A DNA stretch of 64,000 bases from positions 51,708,001 to 51,772,000 of the forward strand of contig OZ336884.1 in the NCBI GenBank assembly GCA_965287045.1. Direction: 5' to 3'. The notes beneath the pieces were generated by a model, which worked only from the letters and a program-made list of their open reading frames with translations, was not told where the DNA came from and searched no databases. Source of the DNA: Carcharhinus amblyrhynchos. Lineage: Eukaryota. Positions 1-12,540 of this stretch are shown in pieces; within the stretch, counting starts at the first letter, position 1, and each line of letters opens with the position of its first letter. The translations under genes were made by a program, and so were the position numbers.

Positions 1-184
1 ATAGACCAAGGTCAAATATCCCTTAGCTCGCAGGATAGTGTTTCTTTTCTTCACAGTGACAATTGCCACCAATTGCTGGATAGAATATTTTCGTCTTACA
101 GATTTGTGAGGATAAAAGACTCTCCCTGCCATGCCCCCCCCCCGCCCCCCGCCCACCCCCACCCCCACCCAAACATCTCCCCTG

Positions 185-1040
185 ACTGCAGGAATGCAAC
201 AATTATAACTATCTGCAAAGAGGGTGATAAATGGTGTTGTGGAGACTATCGGGGCATTTCCCTCTGGTCATAGCAGGGAAAATTCTGACATGCATTCTTC
301 TGAACCACCTATTTCCTGTGGCTGAGGAAATCATACCAGAGACACAGTATGGCTTCAGACTTTCCAGAGAAGCCTCTGATGTTGTCTTTGTCATCAGATA
401 AATCCAAAAGATCACAGTCTTCAAACTGACCATCGTGAGGTTCTGTGGATTGTGCTCCAAAGATTTGGATGCCCAAGGAACCTCATTACAATCCTCAAAA
501 GATGATATGACTGCAACTATCTTGAATGCAAGATCTGAAAGAGATGCCTTCAAAAATCTGGACCAGGATCAAGCAAGGCAGTGTGATTGCCCCCATCACA
601 ATCTACCTGATACTGACTATTCACTTCATCAAAGATAAACTGCCCTCTGCTGTCAGCATTGACCACCAAATAAATGGGAAAGCTCTAACCTCAGTCACCT
701 CCATGCCAAAACCAAACTGACCACCATAGACGTATGTGCGGATGACTGTACTGTCATTTGCCACTTGGCAAAAGATTTGCAAGCCACACTTGATCACTTC
801 AATTCTGCACAGAAGAAAATCAGCTTGTCCTTGAATATTGCCAAAACCAAAATTCATACATCAACATCCAGTCACACCAGAAATCAATGGGCTTTTGGTT
901 GGGCCGCCAAATCTTCCGCAATGAGTCCTGCCAAGATGGGGCAGAAAATCCCAGTCCCTGTCAGCCAAACATTCAACCTTCCACAAACATTGAAAGAGAG
1001 GTTCTGCAATATGCTGAGCTGAGCACTTCGATGACTGAAT
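185..1040 (+). mobile_element. Degenerate RTE-clade LINE reverse transcriptase fragment
   Basis: Frameshifted motifs ATIITICKEGDK..GDYRGISL, EIIPETQYGFR, IKQGSVIAP, ADDC, LQATLDHF..LNIAKTK are typical of RTE ORFs. Confidence 0.8.
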
Positions 1041-1197
1041 GGTAACCATAAGACTAGCTTTCAATTTCAGATTTTATTAATTGAAGCTAAATGTCACCAG
1101 CTGTCATAATGGGATATGAACCCAGGTTCCCCACAGCATTCGCCTTGACCTCTGGATTGCTAGTCCAATCACGTTAATACTGCATCATCTTGTCCCC
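1040..1197 (-). mobile_element. tRNA-derived SINE, family B, 5' part
   Basis: Similar to the head of the full copy at 21235-21685 (tRNA-like head with B box ggttcatatccc). Confidence 0.6.
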
Positions 1198-2486
1198 CGT
1201 ACTTCAGCAAATAACTATGCCAGTGCATTATTAGTGTAAACTCAAGTTTCTTGCATGCTTTGGAGTTATGTAAACAAAAGGCAGAGATTTATAACTTGAA
1301 GAGATATAAACAATTAAGGATATTTGTGTGAATCAATATTTTCACGCAAGTCCAGTGTAAATCAGTAACACAAAATCTCTTTGCAATAAACCATGTTGGT
1401 CTTGTATCACCGTTACCCTGAAAAGTTCTAGGACATTCTTGCCAACATCTTTAGATAGGTCAAGAAGAAAAGGTAGGAGGAACTTAATATTCAGGAAAAC
1501 TCCAGCCAAAGTAAGATAAGGTCCAGCTGTCAGAATTCAGAACATTACTTTTCATCAAGTTTCAACAAAGACTCCCCATCGAGATTATGAAAGCTATTGA
1601 CAATTCTAGTCCATAATTCTTTCAGCCAGTTCACTGTTTAATTAGACAGTTAACACTCATGTTTCTACCTCATAATCACATAAAACTTCTGTGTATTTAA
1701 ATTGTGTGTTCAGACCCAAACTGACACCAAAGCATGTTGATTGAGAATATCTTCTCAAGGCAGAATCGCTTTGTGTCGTTGTTGGGACAAGCCTTCACGA
1801 TCTGGATTCAGGCTATTTGATAACTGTAGACTTGGTGCAAGACTGCTTTACACTCCCTCCATAGTTGTTGTGTGAATATATCCTTGGGCAATGTTTCTTT
1901 AAAGGATTCAGCTGCATTGATTGTTACAGTTTCAATTTCATACATAATCCTGCGGCCAGGAGAAAAAATTATTTTGAGTTATCCCAGCTTTATCCAAATT
2001 CTCTACCATTGTGGCTTAATTAAATATATGAAACAAAAAAAAAATTGCTTTTCCATGATTGTAAGATGATTCTGAAAATTAAACCATGCATGTCAACAAA
2101 GATACATTGTTCATTTTGGGCTAAAGTGCTAATGTAATGTGTTGCACACTTCCCAGCATCACTCCAGAACGTGTGAAGGTTAAATCTCGAATCTTGTAAA
2201 TGAAACTCAAACGTGTTTTTCATCATCTAGCACAGCATCCCTACAAGTTGCCATTTGTTATCCTGCAGTGATTAATTTTACGCTGAATGAAGTTGGCAAG
2301 CTAAGCACATTTTGTTATTTGCAGTGATCAATTCATAATCTAACTAAGAAGGCTATATATTCCTCAAGGGATGGAAGAGGTGCCATTTGTCTGGCAACAC
2401 CAATCAGTCCTTGCAAGCAGATATGGAGTTGAAATATTCTTTTACGACAGAAGTTTAAAGCAGTGAAAATATCAATTTTTCCTTAC

Positions 2487-2643
2487 ACGATGAACATCAT
2501 TCTGCTGTTGTACAGCAGGAACATCGCCACCAATAGGTCTTTGCCTTGTCAGTTCATCGTTCTTCAAATTCAACCATGCCAGTAAGTCCTGGAGAGAAAT
2601 GTGTAGTCGCTTCCACTGCTCGGCACTCGTCTCCAGACAGGCT
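2487..2643 (-). CDS. DMD: Dystrophin coding exon, orthologue of human DMD exon 57
   Basis: Reads (R)[52 protein letters not shown] versus recalled human SHLEASSDQWKRLHLSLQELLVWLQLKDDELSRQAPIGGDFPAVQKQNDVHR. Acceptor tttttaccgttttag|A, donor CGT|gtaagg. 157 nt; the AG+A split codon joins exon 56 in frame. Confidence 0.97.
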
Positions 2644-3499
2644 CTAAAACGGTAAAAATAAACCTCAGCATTGTGTTCACTCAATAAACACAAAAACAAA
2701 AAAAAGGCTGTGCAAATGGCTATACCTACTAACTGCAGCCTAACAGCTCTATTTGAGTGTTGCTATTCCATAACATGTAGAATGTTTCTGTGTTTCCAGA
2801 ACCATACACTAAAACAAAACAGTACCATAAAAACCTCTTCCAGCATATTATTCAAACGCATTTCTTGCTTTGCATGATCAGTTGAAATTCTCTCTGCAAA
2901 ACATGTGACAAGAAATGGAGCACTCCTAGAGAAATAGACCAAATCACTGAATATTGTTAATAACCTTCTTGACATCAATGAATATTCCAAACCCAAAAGT
3001 TCTTTATTTTTTTCAAATAAAACAGACAGCATAAGATTCTACATTGGTGTAACACATGCAATGTGCTTCACAAAGTCAGTGTCAGCTACAATTTTACAGA
3101 ATGCTTTACCTTCTATCCCCTCTCCATGACTGCTGTAAAAATACTGGCTGGTGCATTGCTACAGTACAGAGATCCAAAAAGTCCAAGCTTTGGTTCTCAG
3201 TCATTTAAGCTAAAGCATTCAGCTTCAAGTTCCTTAGACAGAGATGGGACTAAAGTCAGTGAAGTCTGTCTTTCTTGATTGCTATCCAATGACCCTTGCT
3301 GGGAAACATGCAAGTCTGAGCCTTAGAAGGAAACATGATTGGTTGCAAAGTGATTGGATGCCGTTTAGAAAGGGTGCCCCGATCTCTCCCTGCTTCCACC
3401 ACTACTCTTGATGTGGATGTTCCGGCGTTGGACTGGGGTAAACACAGTAAAAAGTCTGACAACACCAGGTTTTAGTCCAACCGATTTATTTGATGGTAA

Positions 3500-3541
3500 A
3501 CTCACAAGCTTTCGAGGGGACTCCCTCTTCGTCAGGCGAAT
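3500..3541 (-). ncRNA. Minimal type I hammerhead ribozyme in Penelope pLTR (DMD-sense)
   Basis: ATTCGC-CTGACGA-A-GAGGG(agtc)CCCTC-GAAA-GC-TT-GTGAGT. Confidence 0.75.
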
Positions 3542-3905
3542 GGAGAGTTCTGGCCTCGGACAGAGCATATAAAGCACAGACAGTTTAGAGATTACTGATT
3601 AGAATGCGAATCTTTACACCTAACCTGCTGTCAAGTTCCACACACGAGAATGGTCTCAACAGGGATCTTGGGTTCATGTCGCACTATCTGCAACCCCCGT
3701 GACTTGCCTGGGTTTGCAAAACCTCACTCACTGTGCTGTCTGGAGACAATACACATCTCTTTAACCTGTGATCAGTGCTCCTTCCACTCACATTCTCAGC
3801 TACTTTAGGACTTGAACAGCAGGTTAGGTGTAAAGATTCGCATTCTAATCAGTAATCTCTAAACTGTCTGTGCTTTATATGCTCTGTCTGAGGCCAGAAC
3901 TCTCC

Positions 3906-3947
3906 ATTCACCTGACGAAGAGGAAGTCCCCTCGAAAGCTTGTGAGT
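3906..3947 (+). ncRNA. Minimal type I hammerhead ribozyme in Penelope pLTR
   Basis: ATTCAC-CTGACGA-A-GAGG(aagtcc)CCTC-GAAA-GC-TT-GTGAGT: stem I, conserved core, stem II hairpin, palindromic AGCU stem III. Confidence 0.75.
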
Positions 3948-4719
3948 TTACTATCAAATAAATCGGTTGGACTAAAACCTGGTGTTGTCAGACTTTTTAC
4001 TGTGTCCACCACTACTCTGCCAGTGGAAACCAGTAGTGATTCTCACTGGGTCCACTCCACCACTGGAGGTCAGAAGATCCCGGGATCTGGGAAAATCCCA
4101 CATTGAATGGGCTAAGTATATTTGAAAGTTACATTAAATATGCTAATTGGCCTCGTGCCTTTCCTGGGTGGGATCCGGTTTGCACCAGTAGCCAGGGACC
4201 AGGATGATTACAAACTGTTTGGCACTGGGTGCAAAACCCATTTTTAGGCCCACATGCAATATTGCAGGATTGTCATGATCTGCTGTAGGCATGGTGAGGT
4301 CAGAAAATCAGCCCCACTAACAATTTGCATCAGCAGAGTACAAGAATCTAAAAACAATTGTTTTAAGTCACAAAGCTAGTGTTGGTTCATAAAATGCATT
4401 TTATCCAAGCAGTCTGTTCCTTAGCACTACACTGAACATTAATCTGAGAAACCAATTCTGATGACTTCTATTCAGAGGTAGATAGTCTTAAACCTTGTGA
4501 AACAATGGACAGAATTTCCCCAAAAACTGGCAAAGTGTCAGGTTCCGCCTAAAAACCGATGCGTTTCTTCCAGAAAAACAGGCAAGTTTTCTCTCCACAT
4601 TTTCTAACCTTTGTCAAAATAAAAGCAGGGGGATAGGTTTTGAGCCATTGTTCCTGAGGGGTGTGGCCTTAAGACCAGCAAAGCCGGTTCCACAGAAATC
4701 AATCTCAGGTTGAAGATAA

Positions 4720-5530
4720 AGTATCCCCCTGCCTCATCACTGCTGGCATCAGGGCATCAGAGCCCTCTCCCCTCTCCGAACGTAGGCAGGCAACCCCCCT
4801 GCACCCAACGCAGACATCCCTCTTCTCCATCCCATAATGCAGGCAACAATCCCTTCCTCCTGTTAAGTGTGGCCACCCCATCTTCCCCCACTATCCCCAA
4901 ACGCAAGCAAGCAACCTCCCCTCCCCCAGCCTCTATGCAGGGATTACCACTTCCCACCCCCAATCCAGGCATCCCTCTTCCCAAACTGCAGGGTCCCCTT
5001 CCATAGTTCAGCTCACCCTCCCCCACCCCCAATGTAGGCATTCCCCCCTTCTGCAATGCCCCTCTGCCCCCAAAATCAGGCATCTCCTCCCTCCACACAC
5101 CCGACACACCGCCCCCCCCCCCTCCAATGCAGGCATTTCACCCTCCCCATCAATGCAGCTGGAGGCCCCCCTTCACTCCCAATGCAGCCACACCCTCCTC
5201 CCCTCAATCCAGGCATCCTCTCCCCTTGACCAATGAAGGCGTTCCCACCTTCTCCATGACCACTGTAAATACTTCTCCCTCCTCCCTTCCCCACACCCCC
5301 AACACAGGCATTGCCCCTCTCCCATGCAATCATTTCCCCCACTTCTGTACCCCAATACAGGCATCCCTCCTTCTCCTCAAAGCAGACACACTACCCAACT
5401 CCCAATGCAGGCATCCCCCCTCCCTCAAAAGGAGATACCCACCCTCCACCACCACTTTGCCCCACCCTACATTATGTGAAGCCAAGCCCCCAAATGGGTT
5501 CCCTTGAGACAACCCCTCCCACCCCCGGCA
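4720..5530. repeat. Degenerate C-rich minisatellite (G-rich on the DMD strand)
   Basis: About 10 imperfect copies of ccccAATGCAGGCATcccc separated by C-runs, next to a MITE-like segment at 4507-4720. Confidence 0.7.
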
Positions 5531-5799
5531 GTGTCAATCTGGCGTATATCTGTTTTCTTCTGCTTACTATTCAAGTATGTACCAAATACTACCGACTGAC
5601 CATCCAGGAATAGTGACCTTCCAGCACAATGTAGTGTAAGGTGTTTCTAGATAATTAAGATAGGCTAATGGACTTCATATTGATTGAATTCTTGAGGGAA
5701 AATTAACATTTCCACTGCATTTCCTATTAGACTGGTATGAAACACAACACTTAAATTTAATTATTTTCCTAAAACCTCTCAGTGACAAAAGCACCTCTC

Positions 5800-6500
5800 A
5801 ATACCAACCTCCCATCTCCAAAGTCCTTGAAATATCATAGCCCACATCTGCAACTATATATCTCACCAACTTACTACCTGAATTTCTCCAATCAGATTTC
5901 TACCTCTCCCAAAGTAATAAAATGACCCAAACCAAAGTCTCAAATGACTTTTTCTGAGACTGTCATTACATTATCTATATGTTTCTTCTGCAACTCCTAT
6001 AAAGCCTTCAACAGTGTTAATTGCACTTTCACTCACCAACTCTTTTCCTGTGTAGCTCAGTTCCATGAGATTGCTTTCACTCAGTTCCAATCTTACATAC
6101 TTGATTGCAGCCAATTTTATCTCCAGTAATGGCTTTTATTGCTCACATTGCACTATCATCTTAGAACTCCCCCAGGGCCTTATCCTTAGTCCCCTCTTCT
6201 TTCTGATTTGCAATCTATCCCTTAGCGAAATTATCCACATATGGGAAAACTTTCATATCTGATCCGATGTCACACATAGTCTTCCCTAACTCCTATAGGA
6301 TTCCCTAACTCCTCCAACACACACAACTGCTTCTCTACTCTCAGACCAGATGTTTAACATTTAGTCTTGGATGAGTATACTTTCCTCCAGACATTGGAAA
6401 ACCCAAAGCCATCGCCTTCATTCCCTGCCATAAACCTGGCCAACTTTATCCTCTCTACCAGCACTGTCTGAGCCTAATCCAGATTGTTTACAAACTCATC
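5800..6500 (+). mobile_element. Highly decayed L2-clade LINE RT fragment
   Basis: Remnants resembling QSGF..TKVSND, KAFNSV and LPQGLILSPLFFLIC (GVPQGSILGPLLF). Confidence 0.55.
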
Positions 6501-8349
6501 AATGTCCATTTTTCAAGTGAAGCAACTTGGGAGCCATACAGTGGCCCTGAACAAAACTTGATTTGGTAGACAAGAATTATTACAGCACTGGATGAGATGT
6601 GAGCTTACTTAAAGTTACAAAAGATCCCACAAAATTACAACAGATCTCCTACTGATGATCTTGGTTGGGTCAAGACCTTAAGAAGCCAAAACTCTGGGAA
6701 GATAAAGCGAAGGGAGGGGAAGCCACTATCCGGTTTTCTCTCTCCATCACAGGTCCTAGGAGCACGCCTGCCTTTACCTCAGGGATTACAACCAATTTCT
6801 GCAGGTAGCATAAGGAAGTGGCAGCAGTATGATGGCAAATGTGCCAGGAACCTAGACCTCACCGACCAAGCCAACATTTCGATACAGTGTGCAAGGAAAG
6901 AGTGGCCAGCAGCAGTGCACTTGTGATAAGAAGTGGAATTTTTTCAGCCTGATTTTGTACAGGACACAAAGGTTTCAGGTTTACTCTTGGATTGTGCTGT
7001 TCACTTGATGTAAGCCAGAGTAACAGTTTGCTACAATTATCCAAAAACTGCAGGAAAATAACAAGTCACTCTTACTGCTGACTATTAGTCAATGACTCTC
7101 AGTCAATAGGGCACCTGTCATGAAATCAGGTAGGTCAAGAGCAACAGAACTTGTGTAAAATGGCCCATTTGGTGAAATAGCAACAGTAAAGCAGGCACAT
7201 TGAGAAAAAGGGGACAACATGTTTTGAAAAGACGAAACATCTGCAAAAGAAACCATTTATGTGACAATACACTTGTATCTGGTGCCCCATAGTTTTCCCA
7301 TCAACCAGGTTGGTAGCTCTGCAATGGAGTTATGAGAGCAGGCTGTTCTCCAAACTGAATCAATTGAAAAAGAAATCAAAGTGCACATCAATACCCCTAT
7401 AAATTGGATATCAGTGTTTTCTCTGTGAATCAAAGCTGTTAAGCTATGTAACTTTCTCCTTGATTCAGTCATTAAAGCAGATCATCTAATAAGCAAGCTT
7501 GTGTGAAAGGCCAAAAAGAGCTGACATATTTATTAATAGCCCTTGAATAAACCTCTATTCCTGACTCCAAATGATAGAAAAAATGTCATTATTGCTATCT
7601 GATGTTGCCAGTTTTTGAACAAGATAAATCTTCCTGTCAATACATTTGCTTTCTGAATAGGGTTTTTATCATCCATAAAGGCTTATTCAGTTTGACATCA
7701 GCTGAAAACAGTTGCTTGGTTCACACATGAACTCCTACCCCAAGAGGCATTAGTTATTGCCCAAGAATGATTGTTGGGTCTCAGTAATTAGCAGCAATGC
7801 TGATCTTGCTGAATCAAAATCCAGATTGCATTTTTAAGGCTGTGCATGTACTGTTTATGTTGCAATTCTGCAACATTGCTTTGCAGAAAGAATTCTCATA
7901 AATGATTATAAAGCAAAGTAGATTGAAAGCTGGGATGAACTGCTGGCTTTCATTAAACCAGCAGGCATGACATGGAAATTAAGTGGCTAAATTTAAGGTG
8001 CAGCAAGAGGTGTTAAGACTCAGCTTAAACAGGCTGCCTCACACAACATCAGCATGGGCTGCCGCAATAACTGTTCTGTTGGCTTTTCAGCACTAAATTC
8101 TAACCAGCACAAAGGACACGGGATGGACACACATGCACACTTGCATGGACAGATTGTGCAAGACTAGGGGAAGCAGTGTGAATTAATACCTCCAGCTAAC
8201 TGGTAGCTTTAGCATAGAAGTATCATTTGTGAAAGCGTATCTGCAGCATTTGTCAGAATAGCAAGAGCAAGCAGCAGTAACTTGGATGCTTGATGATACC
8301 AAACATGTTGTTCATATACTCCATCAGTCCTTAAACTTTTTTCACGTGG

Positions 8350-8730
8350 TGTCCAGTTGACTCTGTTAGCTGACGCAATCAGCAAACCATACAATTCAGG
8401 AAGGTCTCTGCTATAGAAGTCTGTGCTGAGTCTGCTAACCTCTTATGAGACAGAAGCCAGGCATATGTGGCCTCAGAAAGCCTCAGCTGGGATAATGAAA
8501 ATCAGCCAAGGGTCCTGATTTTATTGTTCTTCCACGAATACAGTTGGAAGTGAGGCCACATGGCAATCAGGTGAGAATTAGGGTGGTTTAGCTGTAATGC
8601 TCCGTGAGGTTGGATAACTGGCTGATGATCAGTGTCTGGGTTCACACATGAATAATGGTATTAATTGAGTAAAGGAAGGTGAATGGCATCTGTGTATTGC
8701 TGCCAGGAAACTGATGAAAAAAAGAGAACA
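8350..8730 (+). mobile_element. Old SINE-like repeat, unnamed family C
   Basis: Shares blocks (gtctgtgctgagt..aaaatcagccaaggg..ggctgtgatg..cacacatgaataatgg) with 12150-12540, 14810-15010(-), 35330-35670 and 35790-36060(-). Confidence 0.45.
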
Positions 8731-9116
8731 AAAATCTGCACCCCTCATACCCAAAATATAGCACTCCTCTTGCATGAATACTTTTGCTAGAGGATATATA
8801 CCTCTTGTAACTAAGATTGGTTCTGTTGCATCATATGCCTGTAAAACATATTAGTAAGATGGATAATTTACTTCTTAAAAAAAAGCAGCATTGGGTATGG
8901 GTAGTTTATCTGACAAAATGAACTTCGGGGTGTCACGTGACTTATTTTGTGGTTTCTGTACAAGCACAGAGTCAGGTGCGGCTGTGATATCTCTGGGAAA
9001 ATATGTAAAATGTAAATTGCCTTCCCAAGTGTTGATTACTTCTCTCCGTTTCAATTGAAAATACTTAAAATAACAATGAATCTTGAATGAAATGTACAAA
9101 ATTTGTACAGGGCTTT

Positions 9117-9490
9117 TGATTTGATTTGATTTATTATTGTCACATATATTAGTATACAGTGAAAAGTACTGTTTCTTGCGTGCTATACAGACAAAGCATA
9201 CCGTTCATAGAGAAGGAAACGAGAGAGTGCAGAACGTAGTGCAACAGTTGTAACTAGGAGGTAGAGAAAGATCAATTTAATGCAAGGTAGGTCCATTCAA
9301 AAGTCTGATGGCAGCAGGGAAGAAGCTGTTCTTGAGTCAATTGGTACGTGACCTGAAACTTTTGTATCTTTTTCCTGACAGAAAAAGGTGGAAGAGAGAA
9401 TGTCTGAAGTGGGTGGGCTCCTCAATTATGCTGGCTGCTATGCCGAGGCAGTGGGAAATGTAGACAGATTCAATGGATGGGAGCCTTCAT
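9117..9490 (-). mobile_element. Rex1/Babar-like LINE 3' end
   Basis: (CAAAT)n tail; ORF end with RTNxLKNSFFPAAIRLLN. Second copy at 59770-59960. Confidence 0.7.
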
Positions 9491-9504
9491 GGTAGACGCA
9501 GGAA

Positions 9505-9795
9505 GTTGGGGGTCTGGAGCTAGGTGGCACAGTCTCAGAATAAGAAATAGGTCATTTAGGACAGAGATGCGGAAACACAGTCAAATGATGTTAAATCTTT
9601 GAAATTCTTCGCTTGTGGAGACTCAGTTATTGAGTAGGTTCAAAGCAAAGATTAATAGGTTTCTCGATACTAATGATATTAAGGGATATGGGGATCATGC
9701 AGGAAGATGGCATTAAGGTAGAAGATCACCGATGATCTCGATAAATGTTGGTGTAAACTCGAGGAGCTGAATGGGCTACTCCTTCTCCTATGTTA
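9505..9795 (+). mobile_element. Old CR1 LINE 3' end
   Basis: Remnant of RGHSLRI..FRTEMR followed by CR1 3'UTR ending actccttctcctatgtt. Confidence 0.7.
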
Positions 9796-10091
9796 CATTG
9801 TACTAGCCACATGAAGATGGAATTAGAAATAAAGATATTCTGGTAGTAATCAATGTTGGAATGTTGATGGGATAGCGAGCATCCTCCATTGTGCAATGAA
9901 CTGCTTAGCCATCAACTCATTGTGAGCACTATGGGAAACATTGATACTGTTGTCACATGACAAAAACACACTTGATGTATCAGATATCATATTATTCTAA
10001 TAACAGCCCAGAAACTCAGTTCAGGGTATGCAAACCAGAGGGAAGCCATTTTTTCCAGCAAGAGAGAAAGAGCCCTGACTGAAAAATCCAC

Positions 10092-10360
10092 AGTAAGAAG
10101 TCTCACAACACAAGGTTAAAGTCAAACAGATTTAGTTGGAAGCAAAAGCCACTAGCTTTCAGAGCGCTGCTCCTTTGTCAGGTAAGTTCACAAACAGGAC
10201 ATGTTAAGAGACAGCATTAATGCTCTCTCCACTCACATTGTCTGCACCTTTATGACTTGGTCACCTGTAAAAACTTTCATTCCAACCATTATTTTGTAAA
10301 CTGAGTGTGTGCCTTTATATGCCCTGTTTACCCCAGTCCAACGCCAGCATCTCCACATCA
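10092..10360. mobile_element. Rearranged Penelope pLTR fragment with a decayed hammerhead
   Basis: Same family as 3409-4004. 12-bp TSD TGAAAAATCCAC at 10080-10091 and 10361-10372. Minus-strand core CTGACAA..GGAGC/GCTCT..GAAAGCTA at 10147-10187. Confidence 0.75.
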
Positions 10361-12149
10361 TGAAAAATCCACCACAGGGAGAGAAATGGGGCTAATTTGT
10401 TTTACCCACAAGATTATATTTATTCATTCAAGGTGCAGCCATGCCTTTGATTGAATTGTCAGAAAACTTATAACGCTAGGAATACTGTGTGAATTCATCA
10501 CCAGAGATCCTTTCTCATCCAATGAGCTGAAAGGGAATACCTAGGCCTGCAATGCTTTTGACAGTCACTTTGGATAGAGCAATAGTAACTTTAAATAAAT
10601 TGAAGTCTATGCTACGTTTTTAGAACTCATTTTTCTTTGGGTGTGTGGTTCTATGTGTATGAGAAATGGCTCTTTGCTGCAATTACATTTTGGATATTTA
10701 GAATATGAATATGTATCCTTTCCTTTGACTCAAACTTAAAATGAACCTTTTTTATGTCTGCTTTTAAAAGTCATGGCACTCAAGGGGTTAAAACACTCCT
10801 TCTCAAAAATATATTCTGTTGCAATCAGTTGAGAGGCTGGGAAGAAAGGGGAAATCATTCAACGTCTTTCCCTTGCCCATAGCAAAATACACTGAAATAC
10901 GCTGAAAATGATACGCTGAAATAGCATTTCATTTGCTGTGAATATTAGTATTCATATTTGCAATTCAAAATAGTGACAGCAGCTGAAAACTGTGTGTCGA
11001 GTAATTACTTAATCTGATCAATATATGAACAGGCTAATAGGATTTTTACTCTTTACAGTTAAAGTGTGTACAAATTTAAATTGAAAGAAATGTGAGCAAT
11101 CCCCACCATTGAGACATGGATTAAAGTATTATGGGACTTAATACCTCTAGAAAATTGACCTATTCACCAAGGCTAAGACAGGATCAGTTTGTGAATGTGT
11201 GTTCCCGGCACGGTTCCCCACGTGTACCCCCCATTTCAGCCTACCACCAACCCCCTGCATCTGGATTTCTACAAGCATGCACCTAATCCAATTTCACCTC
11301 TAAGGGAAAATTAGTATGTCCTTCAAACTGCAAACAGCGGATTTTACATCATGTGTCTCTGTCTGTTGCATGCAGAGAGGTATTTCTAGCAACACTACTG
11401 TTACTTCACAAACATGGCCTGCACATCAGAGGACAACCTGCTGACCTTGAGAAATAAAAATTCCTATTAGCTATCAGTGGTAGAAATAAAATCTATAAAT
11501 GTGGTATGTTCACTTGAAATAAAATGAAATATCAGTTTGTGTCCACAAGTCGAAAATACATGTTTATGCTTTTACAACAAATCTGTGTTATTTATTAGTA
11601 GGCAAGCTAGGTTAAAACATATAAAAGATAAAATAAATGAAATGTGTGAGTAAGCAGTCTAGTGATGATTACAGGTTTGACTGACAGGTGCTTGTAAGAA
11701 AGCTTAGTCTTCAGAGCAACTCTAAATCCTATTACAATAGAATAGTCAGTATATTGGATTTATTTAAATGAGAGACTGATATCATCTAGCTAAAGAAATG
11801 GAATCATCTCTGGATGCTGTAGGATGTCTGATACCGTGTCAAGGCAATCATCACTTTGCTAGAAGACAAGATTTGTTTTTATTAGTTTTAAAGAAAAACA
11901 AAATAAGAAATACTGATGTGAAAATCCCTTAACAAAGCAATGTGTAGCAAGTTATCCCACTGACATCAGAAATTGCCATTCATGTCACCAATATAGACTT
12001 GCTTGATGATTTATTTTATGGACATTGTGCTTTAAAGATAAATTAATACGGTGAGCAATTGAACATTATTTTACAGTTTGTGCCCTGTTTCAGCATTTAG
12101 TAGTCCCTATTTGCTTCCTTGGAGACTCAATGAATACAATCCAATTTTG

Positions 12150-12540
12150 AATGTCTGGGTGTGAGCCACGTTGATCAGTAAGATCCCAGTTTTGATTCCT
12201 GGCCCGTACTGAGTTAGCCAATCCTAGCCTCACTGAATAATATTCAAAAACCCCCTGACGAACCCCATACCAAGAGTTTAAGGAGAGGGGGAAAGGACAA
12301 AAGAATGGGCACAACAATGGGCCAGAGTTTCTGCATTCGTTCTCCACTGAGTCCTGCTAAAAAAAATTGTGAGCCTTGGATGCAGACTGGATAAAAATTG
12401 GCTGTGAAACCTATGATCAAGTCATTTGCTGGCGGTGTGCCTAAGATCATGTGAAGAATGTGAAGTTAGGTTAAGTACTGCAGGACTAAGAATGCAAATA
12501 GTTTCAGGATAAAATAGGAGATGGGGAAAAACAATAAACA
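12150..12540 (+). mobile_element. Old SINE-like repeat, family C
   Basis: Similar to 8350-8730. Confidence 0.4.

Larger units (their letters stand above)
3409..4004. mobile_element. Penelope-like element with inverted pLTR arrangement
   Basis: About 190-bp inverted arms (3443-3628 and 3810-4004). Spacer encodes the GIY-YIG ORF end HENGLNRDLGFMSHYL. 14-bp TSD TCCACCACTACTCT at 3395-3408 and 4005-4018. Confidence 0.85.

Noticed and set aside
4710-5613. Pro- and Gly-rich ORFs on both strands
   Set aside because: Products of the stop-poor C/G-rich minisatellite.
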